Below, piece after piece: positions 44,211-54,757 of a stretch of DNA of 64,000 nucleotides. This DNA is from an uncultured Chloroflexia bacterium. GTDB lineage: Bacteria > Chloroflexota > Limnocylindria > QHBO01. Made by a program: the position numbers and the translations under genes. The stretch lies in contig CAWFCQ010000003.1 in the NCBI GenBank assembly GCA_963814375.1, forward strand, positions 160,001-224,000, read 5' to 3'. Under the pieces are notes generated by a model. The model saw nothing but the letters and a program-made list of their open reading frames with translations, was not told where the DNA came from and did not search any database. Within the stretch, counting starts at the first letter, position 1; the number at the start of each line of letters is the position of its first letter.

Positions 44211-46124
44211 ATGGCAGATGTGAATGACGGACAGGTCGACCTGCATCGGTCCGGTGTCCGCTTCGCCGCCTTCGGCCTGGCGGCGATCGTCCTGCTGACC
44301 GCGCTTGGCGGTCGTCTCTTCCAGCTCCAGGTCGTCCAGGGCGAGGAGCTCGCCCGACGCGCCGTGGCGGATCGAACGGCGGAGGTCCCGGTGGCGGCGC
44401 CTCGGGGCCTGATTTTCGACCGCGACGGCAGTCCGCTCGCCGTCAACACGCCGTCGTGGACGGTCAAGGTGCGACCGGCCGACCTCCCCGAGGGGCGCCG
44501 CGCGGCGATCCTGGCGCGCGTGGCCCGCGTCACCGGCGCCGATGCCGCTCAGCTCCGCTCGCGGCTCGATGCCTTCTCCGGCTCACCCTATGACCTCGTC
44601 CCCATCCAGCGAGGAGTCTCTCGCCAGGCGGCACTGATCCTCGCCGAGGAGTCTGAAGCGCTTCCCGGAGTCGTTGCCGAGGTCGAGCCGGTGCGCAGCT
44701 ACCTCGACGAGACCGGTGCTGCCAACGGGTTGCTGCTTTCGCACGTGCTCGGATACACCGGCCCCGTCGCACGCGACGACCTCGAGGAGCTGATGGCCCG
44801 CGGCTACCTCCGCGACGACGTCATCGGCAAGTCCGGCATCGAGGCGTCGTTCGAGGAGGAGCTGCGCGGGGAGCTCGGCTCCCAGCTGGTAGAGCGCGAC
44901 GCCTCCGGGAGGCTGGTCAAGGTGATCGACACCCTCCGCGAGCCGGTTCCCGGCACGAACCTGATGCTGACGATCGACACCGACATGCAGCGGCTGGCGA
45001 CGAAGGCGCTCGAATGGGGCATGCAGACCGCCGACGTCAGCCAGGGCGTCACGGTGGTCATGAACCCTCAGAACGGCGAGATCCTGGCCATGGTCTCGCT
45101 GCCGGCCTACGACAACAACAAGTTCGCCGGCGGCATCAGCGTCGACGACTTCAACGTCTACCTGAGCGATCCGGACCGTCCGCTGCGCAACCACGCCATC
45201 AGCGACATCTTCCCGCCGGGCTCGACCTACAAGCTCGTGACCGCCATCGCCGCGATGGAGGAGGGCGTCACCACCGCCGCGCGGCAATGGCCGACCTACG
45301 GCTGCTACCAGATTCCCGGCGCGCCCGACGGCCAGTGCCTCTTCGACTGGAACCGCCAGGGGTTCGGTCCGCTCGCCATGGTCGACGCGTTCGCCAAGAG
45401 CTCGGACACCTTCTTCTATCAGATGGCGATCCATACCGGTGTCGATCGGCTTGCTCGCTGGGCGAACGAGCTCGGGTTCGGCGAGCTGTCCGGAATCCGG
45501 CTGCCCGGCGAGGAGGAGGGGATCATCGCCAGCACTCAGTGGGCCCGGCAGCAGGGCCGGGCCGGGGTGTTCACCGGCGAGGTCGCGCAGGCCGGTATCG
45601 GCCAGAACGTCATCGCGGTCACGCCGCTCCAGGTGCTGAATGCCTATGCCGCGGTCGCCAACGGCGGTCGCCTCATGCGGCCGATGATCGTTCGCGGCGA
45701 GACCGATGCGGACGGCGCGCTCACGCGCGCCTACGAGCCCGAGCTCATCCGCAACCTGGCGGCCGATCCGGACACGCTGCGCACGATGCGGATCGGCTCG
45801 CGCGAGGTGATCACGTCCGGCCATGCGTACAACATCCGGGACCTGGACCTGCCGGGCGCGCTGTCCGGGAAGACCGGAACCGCCGAGTTCGGCGAGCTGA
45901 CCGAGGAGGGAACTCTTCCCTTCCACTCGTGGTTCGTCGCCTACCTGCCCAGCAGCGCCGGCGCCACCGATGCCGATCTCGCCGTGGTCAGCTTCAACTA
46001 CTCGGCGGAGGTTCCCGGCAACGTGTCTGCCGAGGTCGTGAAGTACTTCCTCCAGCTCTACTACGGGCTTGACCAGGACCTGCGCCTCGATCCGAACGAC
46101 TTCAGCCTGGTGACGGCGAACTGA
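44211..46124 (+). CDS. mrdA: Penicillin-binding protein 2
   Basis: APRGLIFDRDG, PPGSTYK (SxxK), SSD (SxN variant) and KTGTAE. Confidence 0.93.
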   Translation: MADVNDGQVDLHRSGVRFAAFGLAAIVLLTALGGRLFQLQVVQGEELARRAVADRTAEVPVAAPRGLIFDRDGSPLAVNTPSWTVKVRPADLPEGRRAAILARVARVTGADAAQLRSRLDAFSGSPYDLVPIQRGVSRQAALILAEESEALPGVVAEVEPVRSYLDETGAANGLLLSHVLGYTGPVARDDLEELMARGYLRDDVIGKSGIEASFEEELRGELGSQLVERDASGRLVKVIDTLREPVPGTNLMLTIDTDMQRLATKALEWGMQTADVSQGVTVVMNPQNGEILAMVSLPAYDNNKFAGGISVDDFNVYLSDPDRPLRNHAISDIFPPGSTYKLVTAIAAMEEGVTTAARQWPTYGCYQIPGAPDGQCLFDWNRQGFGPLAMVDAFAKSSDTFFYQMAIHTGVDRLARWANELGFGELSGIRLPGEEEGIIASTQWARQQGRAGVFTGEVAQAGIGQNVIAVTPLQVLNAYAAVANGGRLMRPMIVRGETDADGALTRAYEPELIRNLAADPDTLRTMRIGSREVITSGHAYNIRDLDLPGALSGKTGTAEFGELTEEGTLPFHSWFVAYLPSSAGATDADLAVVSFNYSAEVPGNVSAEVVKYFLQLYYGLDQDLRLDPNDFSLVTAN

Positions 46125-47257
46125 TGGGCGTCGCAACTGCAACATTTGTTGATAGCTTCAGGGCGCGCGACTGGCGCCACTTCGACGTGCAGCTGCTGCT
46201 CTACGTCGTGCTCCTCATCGGCCTCGGCGTGGTGATGGGCTACTCGGCCGGGTTCAACGACGGCGGCACGGCCGGGATGTCCCAGACGGTCAAGACGCTG
46301 ATCTGGGCCACGATCGGCCTGACCCTCTTCTTCGTCGCCGCCAGCGTGGACTATCACTGGCTGCGCACCCTGGCAGCGCCGCTCTACCTCGTGGTGCTGG
46401 CGCTGCTCACCATCACGATGCTCGTCGGCACAAACCTGTTCGGCGCGCAGATGTCGGTCACTGTCGCAGGGCTCGACTTCCAGTTCAGCGAGGTCAGCAA
46501 GGTGCTCATGATCTCGGTGCTGGCCGCGTACCTCGCCGGTCGCCGAGCGCGCATCGGCCGCCTCTCGACGATCCTCGTGGCCGGCGCACTGATGGCAGTG
46601 CCGACCCTGCTCGTCTTCCGGCAGCCGGACCTGGGTACCGCGCTCGTGTTCGTGGCAATCCTCGTCGGGATGCTCTTCATGAGCGGAGCGAGCCTCGGGT
46701 GGATGGGCTTGATGGCGGCCGGCATCATCGCTGCCGCGCCGGTGGCGCTCAGCCTGCTCCAGGACTACCAGCGCACCCGCCTCTTCTGCTTCCTCGACCC
46801 GTACGCCGATGCGCAGGGCGCCTGCTTCCAGCTGGTCCAGGCACTGAACGCGGTGGGCTCCGGCGGCTGGCTGGGCCGCGGCCTCACCGTGGGCGGAGAG
46901 GGGCAGCGAGGCTACATTCCGGTCCAGTCGACCGACTTCATCTTCACGGTCGTGGCCGAGGATCTCGGCTTCGTCGGCGGGATCGTGATGCTGATCCTGT
47001 TCGGCCTGCTGGTGTGGAGGATCCTCCTCATCGGCTGGCAGGCGCGCGACGCCTTCGGCATGCTGATCGCGGTCGGGCTTGCCTCGATGATCCTCTTCCA
47101 GCTGTGGATCAACGTCGGCATGGTGATCGGGGTGATGCCGGTCACCGGCATCCCGCTGCCGTTCGTCACCTATGGTGGCTCGAGCCTCATCAGCCTGCTC
47201 TTCGGGCTGGGGATCCTCCAGTCGGTCCGGATGCGGAGCCACAAACCGACGCTCTGA
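46124..47257 (+). CDS. rodA: SEDS peptidoglycan polymerase RodA
   Basis: QFSEVSK, QPDLGTA, TDFIFTVVAE and PVTGIPLPFVTYGGSS. Confidence 0.93.
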   Translation: MGVATATFVDSFRARDWRHFDVQLLLYVVLLIGLGVVMGYSAGFNDGGTAGMSQTVKTLIWATIGLTLFFVAASVDYHWLRTLAAPLYLVVLALLTITMLVGTNLFGAQMSVTVAGLDFQFSEVSKVLMISVLAAYLAGRRARIGRLSTILVAGALMAVPTLLVFRQPDLGTALVFVAILVGMLFMSGASLGWMGLMAAGIIAAAPVALSLLQDYQRTRLFCFLDPYADAQGACFQLVQALNAVGSGGWLGRGLTVGGEGQRGYIPVQSTDFIFTVVAEDLGFVGGIVMLILFGLLVWRILLIGWQARDAFGMLIAVGLASMILFQLWINVGMVIGVMPVTGIPLPFVTYGGSSLISLLFGLGILQSVRMRSHKPTL

Positions 47258-47279
47258 CCGGCCATGCGCCGATGCGGGC

Positions 47280-47342
47280 GTGGGGAGGCTCGTCCGCCCA
47301 GCCCGCCCGGCAGGCGGGCGGGACCGGCTGCCGAGCCCAACC
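47280..47342. repeat. Hairpin element copy downstream of rodA
   Basis: GTGGGGAGGCTCGTCCGCCCAGCCCGCCCGGCAGGCGGGCGGGACCGGCTGCCGAGCCCAACC, a near reverse complement of 31214-31276. Confidence 0.85.
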
Positions 47343-47384
47343 TCGACCCGCCTCGACACTGGACGGGCAGAGGGGCCTTGGGGT

Positions 47385-47685
47385 TCGCGATGGATCGCGG
47401 CGGGTTCACCTGAACGCGATTTCGGGCTGCGTTCTCGCGATCTATCGCGGACTCGCCCGCATAAGGGTCACCTGCTGGCGCGGCTCGTGCGTGTCAGGCC
47501 GCGATCGATCGTGGGAACAGCACCTGGCGGTGGGCTCTGGGGCATCGGTCTTGAAAGATCGCGAGCTGTCCGATCTATCGGTCGGGAAATCGCATGCGCC
47601 CGCCATCCGGTGCATTGCCGTCCGCTTCATCGGACAGCTCTTCACCGGAAGGCGCCTCGTGTGAAGTTCTGACCGATATGTCGGA
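47385..47685. repeat. Palindrome-array element, modules A plus B
   Basis: A units at 47385, 47435, 47499, 47549; B units at 47569, 47621, 47672. Confidence 0.8.
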
Positions 47686-47695
47686 CGGCGCGAGG

Positions 47696-48910
47696 CTACT
47701 CCGCGGGCTCGGACAGCGGAGGCGCATCGGCGGGCATGGTTGGCGTCGGCGGCGGTTCGGGCGGTGACTCCTCCTCCTTCGGCAGCCGCGCCCCGTGCTG
47801 GGCGAGGTCGTAGGCGAAGTCGGGCGGCTGGCCGCCGAAGCGGAGGAAGCCGTATCGGTACAGGTCGCGCCCGGCGGCGACCGTGGGAGCCGCGAGGATG
47901 GCGCCGCCGATCCCGAACAGCGAGGCGCCGATGACGAGCGACATGATCATGACCGCCGGATGGAGGTCGACGGCGTCGCCCATCACCTTCGGGACGAGGA
48001 TGTGGTTCTCGAGCTGCTGGATGGCGGTGTAGAGGACGGCCGCGGCGAGCGCGGCGGGAACGCTGATCGAGAGGCCGATGAGGATGGCGGGAATGGCGGC
48101 CACGATCGGTCCGATGATCGGCAGCCACTCGAGGACGCCGGCGATGAGCGCGAGGACGAGGGTGAACTGGCCGAACTCGCCGAAGCCGATGAGCGTGAGG
48201 ATCGTCAGGCCGATCGCCGTGGCCAGGAACACCGAGAGACCCAGGAGGAGCTGGCCGCGAACCCATCGGCCTCCGACGGCGCCGAGCAGGCCGAGCAGGT
48301 TCTGGGTATCGGCGCGCCATGAGGGGGGCATGGCGCCGGCGACGCTGCGCGTGAATCCCTCGCGGTCCTTGAGGACGAAGAAGAGCCAGACCGGCACGAC
48401 GATGAGGCCGAGGATGAAGGTCGCCGCCCGCACGATGGCGTTCACCGTCGGTGCGACGATGGCGCGCACGAGGTCCGCGATGACCTGTCCGCTCGCGGCG
48501 AGCTGCTCGTCGATCAGCTCGCGCAGCTCGGCGGGCAGCGGAAGGCCGGCGTACCAGTCCGCCAGGCTCTGCTCGAGGCCGCTCACCGCCTCGCTGAGCT
48601 CGGGGATCTGGTCGATGAATTCGCGCGCCTGGGCGCTGATCGGCGGCAATGCGAAGGCGACGATGCCCCAGATCGTCGCGACCGCGGCGATGTACATGAC
48701 GACGATCGCCGCCCACCGCGGCAGGCCGCGGCGCGCGAGGAAGGTGACCGCCGGATCGAGGACAAAGGCAAGAGCCAGTCCGATGAAGAACGCCGGCAGC
48801 GCGCCGCGGGCGACCCACAGCAGCGTCAGGACGACCGCGATCATGAAGAGCGCGAAGATCGCCTGGCGGTTGCGGTGAATCGATCCGAGCAGCTCGGCCA
48901 TCGCGCTCAT
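47696..48910 (-). CDS. AI-2E family transporter
   Basis: RWVRGQLL, LEWLPIIGP and QQLENHILVPKVMGDAVDLHP. Confidence 0.92.
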   Translation of the reverse strand: MSAMAELLGSIHRNRQAIFALFMIAVVLTLLWVARGALPAFFIGLALAFVLDPAVTFLARRGLPRWAAIVVMYIAAVATIWGIVAFALPPISAQAREFIDQIPELSEAVSGLEQSLADWYAGLPLPAELRELIDEQLAASGQVIADLVRAIVAPTVNAIVRAATFILGLIVVPVWLFFVLKDREGFTRSVAGAMPPSWRADTQNLLGLLGAVGGRWVRGQLLLGLSVFLATAIGLTILTLIGFGEFGQFTLVLALIAGVLEWLPIIGPIVAAIPAILIGLSISVPAALAAAVLYTAIQQLENHILVPKVMGDAVDLHPAVMIMSLVIGASLFGIGGAILAAPTVAAGRDLYRYGFLRFGGQPPDFAYDLAQHGARLPKEEESPPEPPPTPTMPADAPPLSEPAE

Positions 48911-48963
48911 CGTAGCGGCCCACCTCTGGCCGGTGGACCCGATCGCCGGTACGATGCCACCCG

Positions 48964-49678
48964 ATGACCGCACGAACGGACGCGCCACCGCGTCAGCGCT
49001 GGCAGCTCCTCTTCAGCCGCGACCGATCCGGCCCTGCGCATGCGCCAGGCCGAGCTGGTCGACGAGCTCGAGCGCGCGTTCCGCGAGGCGGGGCTGCCAT
49101 TGGCCTACACCGGGGCCACGAAGCCTCGTCCGCGGATCAAGCTCGCCGCGAACCTGCCGGTCGGCCTCGAGCTGCGCGGCGAGGTGGTCGAGGCCTACTT
49201 CGACGATCTGGTGCCGATGGAGCGCATCCAGGCCGCCGCCGAGCTCTTCCCGGAGGGAATCGCGCTCCGCGATGCGAAGGAGGTGTGGCACGGCTTCCCG
49301 TCCGCCGCGTCGCAGCTGCGCGGCGCGGAGTACGAGATCGATGTCTCCGGCGACGAGTCGCTCACGTCGGACGCACTGCGCGGCGCCGTCGTCAGGCTGC
49401 TCAACGCCAAGGAGCTCCAGGGGAAACGTCGGCGGGGCGAGAGCGAGCGTCGCAGTGACGCCGGCGACCGCGACCTGCGACCGCTGATCGAGGACGTCGA
49501 GGTCGTCGAGGTGAACGACGCGAAGCACACCGCGCAGCTGCGCACCGTCCTCCAGCTCGACGCCAGTGGCGCCGGGCGACCGGAGGACGTGGTGCACGCG
49601 CTCGACCTGCCGTTGCGGGTGGTGCGGGCGGTCCGGTCGCGCCTCCTCTTCGTTGACACTCCCCCGATCGCTCGATAA
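48964..49678 (+). CDS. DUF2344/TIGR03936-type radical-SAM-associated protein, apparent frameshift near 49025
   Basis: N-terminal QRWQLLFSR is in one frame; ERAFREAGLPLAYTGATKPRPRIKLAANLPVG is in ORF 49040..49678. Confidence 0.75.
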
Positions 49679-49769
49679 ACTTCGACCTCCCGCGGGCTGA
49701 CCACTCGGCCCGTTTTCGCGTGCGCCGGTTCTATCGGTGCAGCTCATGAGCAGACCCAGGAGATCGAGC

Positions 49770-50291
49770 ATGTACGCCGTGGTGACGACCGGCGGAAAGC
49801 AATACCGCGTCGAGGCCGGCAGCGAGCTCGTTGTCGAGCGCCTCGGAGCGGATGCCGGTGAGGCGATCACCTTCGACCGCGTGCTGCTCGTCGCGGATGG
49901 CGAGACGGTCACCGTCGGCACGCCGACCGTCGACGGGGCCAGCGTCAGCGGCACCGTCATCGGCGAGGCGCTCGGGCCGAAGATCGTGGTCTTCAAGTTC
50001 AAGCAGAAGGTCAAGTACCGCCGCACGGCCGGCCATCGGCAGCACATGACCCGCGTCCGGATCGACGAGATCAACACGCCCGGCCGCAAGGCGAAGGCAG
50101 AGCCCGCCAAGGCGGAGGCCGCAGAAGCCGATACCGCCGAGGCGAAGCCGAAGCGCACGCGCAAGCCGGCCGCCGCAAAGGCGGACGCCCCGAAGGCCGA
50201 TAGCGCCAAGGCCGATACGGCCGACGCGAAGCCGAAGCGCACGCGCAAGCCGGCCGCCGCCAAGGCGGAAGCCCCGAAGGCGGAGGAGTAA
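49770..50291 (+). CDS. rplU: 50S ribosomal protein L21 with Lys/Ala-rich C-terminal extension
   Basis: [14 protein letters not shown] and [11 protein letters not shown]. Confidence 0.96.
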   Translation: MYAVVTTGGKQYRVEAGSELVVERLGADAGEAITFDRVLLVADGETVTVGTPTVDGASVSGTVIGEALGPKIVVFKFKQKVKYRRTAGHRQHMTRVRIDEINTPGRKAKAEPAKAEAAEADTAEAKPKRTRKPAAAKADAPKADSAKADTADAKPKRTRKPAAAKAEAPKAEE

Positions 50292-50294
50292 CCG

Positions 50295-50564
50295 ATGGCA
50301 CACAAGAAGGCTGGCTCGTCCAGCAAGAACGGGCGCGACAGCGCCGGCAAGCGGCTCGGCGTCAAGCGCGGTGACGGCCAGTCCGTCCTCGCCGGGACGA
50401 TCATCGTCCGGCAGCGCGGCAGCACCTTCCACCCCGGTGACAACGTCGGGATGGGTCGGGACTACACGCTCTTCGCCACCGCCGACGGCAAGGTCCGCTT
50501 CACCCACGAGACCCGCAGCAAGAAGCGCGTCAGCATCGAGCTCGGCGACGTCGCCAGCGCCTGA
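50295..50564 (+). CDS. rpmA: 50S ribosomal protein L27
   Basis: [16 protein letters not shown]. Confidence 0.98.
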   Translation: MAHKKAGSSSKNGRDSAGKRLGVKRGDGQSVLAGTIIVRQRGSTFHPGDNVGMGRDYTLFATADGKVRFTHETRSKKRVSIELGDVASA

Positions 50565-50583
50565 CGCATCGGAGCACCCCGCC

Positions 50584-50793
50584 ATGAAGGCTGACATCCA
50601 TCCCACCTACCACCAGGCGCAGGTTCGCTGCGTCGGGTGCGGCACCACCTTCGAGGTCGGGTCGACCGCAGAGTCGATCCAGGTCGAGGTCTGCAGCAAG
50701 TGCCACCCGTTCTTCACCGGCACGCAGAACATCGTCGACACCGCCGGCCAGGTCGAGCGCTTCCAGAAGCGCCTCGAGCGCTCGCTCCGCTGA
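50584..50793 (+). CDS. rpmE: 50S ribosomal protein L31 (Zn-binding type)
   Basis: MKADIHPTY...CVGCG...[10 protein letters not shown]. Confidence 0.96.
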   Translation: MKADIHPTYHQAQVRCVGCGTTFEVGSTAESIQVEVCSKCHPFFTGTQNIVDTAGQVERFQKRLERSLR

Positions 50794-50942
50794 GGAGCCG
50801 ATCGCGCTCGGCGGCCCGGGAGGGTCGTTGGCCGGCGCACCTCGCGCCGCATCTCTTCTTCCTCATCCCCGAGCTGCTGATGGCGGCCGGGCCGCTCGTC
50901 ATTGCATCGGTGACCGATGGCGCCGGGCGCCGGGCGTTCCGG

Positions 50943-51842
50943 ATGCCCGACTTCTTCTACGGCGGCCAGGCATTGATCGAGGGCGTCATGATGCGCGGCC
51001 GCACGACCGTGGCCATGAGCGTCCGCCCGCCGTCGGGCGAGATCGTCACGATGTCCGAGCCGCTCCCCGCGGCGCTGTCCGCCGATCGGCGGCTCATCAA
51101 GATCCCGTTCCTGCGCGGGATGTTCCTCCTGTACGAGACGCTCGTCATCGGCACGCGCATGCTGATGCGCTCCGCGTCGCTGGCGGCCGAGGGCGAGGAC
51201 ATCGAGCTCGGCAAGGGCACGATCGCGATCACGATGGTCGTCAGCCTCGGCTTCGCGGTGGGACTCTTCTTCCTCCTGCCACTGTTCCTCTCGACCTTCG
51301 CCGAGGATGCGACCAACAACGACTTCGCGGCGAACGCGGTCGAGGGCGTCATCCGGCTGGGGATCTTCATCGCCTACATCGCCGCCATCGGGCTCATGAA
51401 CGACATCCGCCGCGTCTTCGCCTATCACGGCGCCGAGCACAAGGCGATCAGCGCCTACGAGGCCGACAAGCCACTGACGCCGGAGGAGGTCGATGCCTTC
51501 GGCACCGCCCACACGCGGTGCGGGACGACCTTCCTGCTCATCGTGGTCGTCATCAGCATCTTCTTCTTCAGCCTCATTCCCCGGGCCGGCGTCCCGCTTC
51601 CGCTGCTGTTCCTGTCGCGGATCGTGCTCGTGCCGTTCATCGCCGCGTTCGCCTACGAGCTCGTCCGCTTCGGTGCGCGCCATTACGGCAATCGGCTCGT
51701 CCGAGCGATCTACACCCCCGGTCTCTGGCTTCAGTCGCTGACCACGCGGCCGCCGGATCGGTCGATGCTCGAGGTCAGCATCGCCTCGCTCGAGTCGTGC
51801 CTTGCCTCCGACCGCGAGGCGGCCACAGCCGCGAAGGCATGA
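50943..51842 (+). CDS. DUF1385 membrane protein
   Basis: [21 protein letters not shown] and HTRCGTTF. Confidence 0.92.
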   Translation: MPDFFYGGQALIEGVMMRGRTTVAMSVRPPSGEIVTMSEPLPAALSADRRLIKIPFLRGMFLLYETLVIGTRMLMRSASLAAEGEDIELGKGTIAITMVVSLGFAVGLFFLLPLFLSTFAEDATNNDFAANAVEGVIRLGIFIAYIAAIGLMNDIRRVFAYHGAEHKAISAYEADKPLTPEEVDAFGTAHTRCGTTFLLIVVVISIFFFSLIPRAGVPLPLLFLSRIVLVPFIAAFAYELVRFGARHYGNRLVRAIYTPGLWLQSLTTRPPDRSMLEVSIASLESCLASDREAATAAKA

Positions 51843-52894
51843 TCGACCGGCTCGCCGAGCTCGAGGCGCGCTACGAGGAGATCAGCCGGCAGCTGTCGAC
51901 GCCCGAGGTGGCCAAGGATCCCTCGCGACTGGCCGACCTCGGCCGCGAGATGGCGCGGCTGGAGCCGGTCGTCGCCGGCCTGCGCACCTGGCGGTCGGTG
52001 CAGACCCAGCTCGACCAGGCGCGCGCCATGGGCGAGGACCCCGACGAGGAGATGCGGTCGATGGCGCGCGAGGAGGTCGACCGCCTCAGTAGGCAGTCGG
52101 CGGATCTCGAAGCCGACCTTCGTGCTCGACTCGTGTCACGCGATCCGAACGACGACCGCGACGTCATCGTCGAGGTCCGCGCCGGCACCGGCGGCGAGGA
52201 AGCGTCGCTGTTCGCCGCCGACCTGTTCCGCATGTACGCCCGATACGCCGAGCGACGGCGCTGGAAGGTCGATGTGATGTCGACATCTGAGTCTGAGTCC
52301 GGCGGATTCAAGGAGGTCATCGCCGAGGTCCGCGGCGACGGCGCGTACTCGCGCCTGAAGTTCGAGTCGGGCGTTCATCGTGTCCAGCGCGTCCCATCGA
52401 CGGAGGCCCAGGGCCGCATTCACACTTCGACCGCGACCGTATCGGTCCTGCCCGAGGCGGACGACGTGGAGGTCCAGATCGATGAGAAGGACCTGCGCGT
52501 CGACGTGTATCGATCCTCCGGCCCCGGCGGCCAGAGCGTCAACACCACCGACTCAGCCGTGCGGATCACCCACCTGCCGACCGGGCTCGTGGTCGCGATC
52601 CAGGACGAGAAGAGCCAGCACAAGAACCGGGCCAAGGCGATGAGCGTGCTGCGAGCCCGCCTGCTCGAGGCGGAGCAGGAGCGCCAGGCCGCGGAGCGCG
52701 GCGATGAGCGGCGTTCCCAGGTGGGCTCGGGCGAGCGCAGCGAGAAGATCCGGACCTACAACTTCCCCGACGACCGCGTTACCGATCACCGCGCCGGGAT
52801 CACCGTCCACAACCTTCCAGGGCTGCTCGAGGGCGATCTCGACCGCGTCATCGACCCGCTGCTGGAGGCCGACCAGGCAGCGGCGGCTCGATGA
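51839..52894 (+). CDS. prfA: Peptide chain release factor 1
   Basis: [19 protein letters not shown] (PxT) and [15 protein letters not shown]. Confidence 0.97.
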   Translation: MIDRLAELEARYEEISRQLSTPEVAKDPSRLADLGREMARLEPVVAGLRTWRSVQTQLDQARAMGEDPDEEMRSMAREEVDRLSRQSADLEADLRARLVSRDPNDDRDVIVEVRAGTGGEEASLFAADLFRMYARYAERRRWKVDVMSTSESESGGFKEVIAEVRGDGAYSRLKFESGVHRVQRVPSTEAQGRIHTSTATVSVLPEADDVEVQIDEKDLRVDVYRSSGPGGQSVNTTDSAVRITHLPTGLVVAIQDEKSQHKNRAKAMSVLRARLLEAEQERQAAERGDERRSQVGSGERSEKIRTYNFPDDRVTDHRAGITVHNLPGLLEGDLDRVIDPLLEADQAAAAR

Positions 52895-52911
52895 GCTTGG
52901 GGAGTGAGGCG

Positions 52912-53092
52912 ACTCGACAGATCGCGGCGATTTCACAGGAGGTGCGATCGGGGTGTCGTTCTCGCGACTTATCGCGGTGCGTGCGTGCCTGAGGCGCACC
53001 CCGAGGTGCTTCTCGTGCGGCTGAGGTCGCGATCGATCGCGATCCCGACACCTCCAGGACGCCTCCGGTGATTTCGTCGCGATCCATCGAGC
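52912..53092. repeat. Palindrome-array module A inserted between prfA and prmC
   Basis: Units at 52912, 52962, 53027 (perfect TCGCGATCGATCGCGA) and 53077. Confidence 0.8.
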
Positions 53093-53974
53093 CACAGGTC
53101 TCCGTGGCCGATGCGCTGTCGCACGCAACCCACCTTCTCCGAGACTCCGGATCCCCGAGCGCCCGCCTCGATGCGGAAGTCCTCCTCGCCCACGTCATCG
53201 GCCGTGACCGCAGCTGGCTGCTCGCCCACCCTGAGGCCGCGGTCGACAAGGCCGATGCCTTCGCCGCCGCAGTCGAGCGCCGCGCATCGGGTGAGCCGGT
53301 CGCTTACATCCGAGGATTCAAGGAGTGGCATGGCCTCCGCATCCAGACCGATGCGCGCGCCCTCATTCCCCGCCCGGAGACCGAGCTCCTTGCCGATGCC
53401 GCGATCGGCGAGATCGACGTGCGCCTGCGGGCGGGCTCGGTCGTGGCGTGGGAGGTCGCGACCGGATCGGGTGCCGTCGCCCTCGCGATCGCTCTTCGAT
53501 TCCGCGATCAGGTCGAAAACGGCGCGGCTTCGTCTCCTCGCGAGCGATTTATCGCCCGACGCGCTCGCCCTCGCCGCCGAGAACCTCGGCACACATGGCG
53601 CGGCCGCGCTGGTCGAGCTCATCCACGCCGATCTGCTCGCCCCGGCCGGCGACGCCGTTCCGCGCCCGGACGTCATCGTCGCCAACCTGCCGTACGTCGC
53701 GAGCGCCGAGGTGGACGAGCGGCGCGGATCGCTCGGGTTCGAGCCCCGGATCGCCCTCGACGGTGGCCCGGATGGCCTGGACCTTCTGCGCAGGCTGATG
53801 GGCGAGCTGCCGGCCGCGGCCGCCCCATCGGCGACGGTGCTGCTCGAGCTCGGCGTCGGCCAGGTCGAGGCGGTTCGCGCGCTCGCGCCGAAGGCCGCAT
53901 CGGTCAGTGTCGTTCCTGACCTCGCCGGGCTGGACAGGGTTGTCAGGCTGGAGATGCCAGACTGGGTGGCGTGA
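53068..53974 (+). CDS. prmC: Release factor glutamine methyltransferase PrmC/HemK, apparent frameshift near 53525
   Basis: RRASGEPVAYI, LIPRPETELL and TGSGAVA in the first frame; VANLPYV and ALDGGPDGL in the second. Confidence 0.88.
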
Positions 53975-54573
53975 CCGATCGGCTGCCTCCGACCGCTGAC
54001 GGGATTGCCACGGCGGCGGAGCTCCTCCTCGCCGGTGAGCTGGTTGCCTTCCCGACCGACACGGTTTACGGCGTCGGTGTGGCGGCGACCCGTCCCGACC
54101 GGATCGCCGGACTGTTCGACCTGAAGGCGCGCCCGGCCGAGAAGGCGATCCCGCTGCTGGTCGTCGATCTTGCCCAGGCGACCGATGCGGGCGCATCGGC
54201 CGACGTTCGTGCGTCGCAGCTGGCCAGCCGATTCTGGCCAGGACCGCTCACGTTGGTCCTCGCGACCGATCACGGGACCCAGGCCTACCGCGCACCGGAC
54301 CACGCCGTGGCCCTCGACCTGATCCGGGGCGCCGGCCCGATCTACGCGACCAGTGCGAACCGGTCGGGTGAGCCCGACACGCTGGGCGCCGACGACGTGC
54401 TGATCGCATTCGCGACGCAGCAGGACGAGCTGGCGGCGGTCGTCGACGGCGGCGCGGTTCCTGGCGGGATCGCCTCGACCGTTATCGACCTTTCGGTGAC
54501 CCCCGCCCGGCTGCTTCGCGAGGGCCCGATCAGCCGCGACCAGCTCGCCGAGGTCATCGAGCTCGCGCCTTGA
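53971..54573 (+). CDS. tsaC: Threonylcarbamoyl-AMP synthase (Sua5/YrdC/TsaC)
   Basis: VAFPTDTVYG, FWPGPLT and TSANRSGEP. Confidence 0.92.
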   Translation: MTDRLPPTADGIATAAELLLAGELVAFPTDTVYGVGVAATRPDRIAGLFDLKARPAEKAIPLLVVDLAQATDAGASADVRASQLASRFWPGPLTLVLATDHGTQAYRAPDHAVALDLIRGAGPIYATSANRSGEPDTLGADDVLIAFATQQDELAAVVDGGAVPGGIASTVIDLSVTPARLLREGPISRDQLAEVIELAP

Positions 54574-54619
54574 CGCGCGACGTACGCTGATCCCAGAGGC
54601 GCGACCCGCGCCCAACCCC

Positions 54620-54730
54620 GATCCCGGCGCTCACGCCGCCGGCCCGTGGGGCAAAGGGGAACTCGCTTCCTCGGGCCGAGATCGTCTCGCCTTCGAGCGC
54701 GGGACGCGCAGAGCGTGAGTCTGGGCGCTC
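54620..54730 (+). ncRNA. Candidate structured leader RNA
   Basis: CTCACGC 54630-54636 pairs with GCGTGAG 54713-54719; GGCCCG 54641-54646 pairs with CGGGCC 54672-54677; hairpin CGAGA-TCG-TCTCG at 54677-54689. Confidence 0.4.
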
Positions 54731-54757
54731 CGTGCCGAGCGAAGGATGACGACACGA

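Noticed and set aside
49679-49769. L21 leader-like RNA
   Set aside because: The position is plausible and small hairpins are present, but no family consensus could be recognised by eye.
50794-50942. Possible structured RNA between rpmE and DUF1385 (GCGGCCCGG/CCGGGCCGC)
   Set aside because: A single GC-only stem with no second copy or covariation is compatible with chance.
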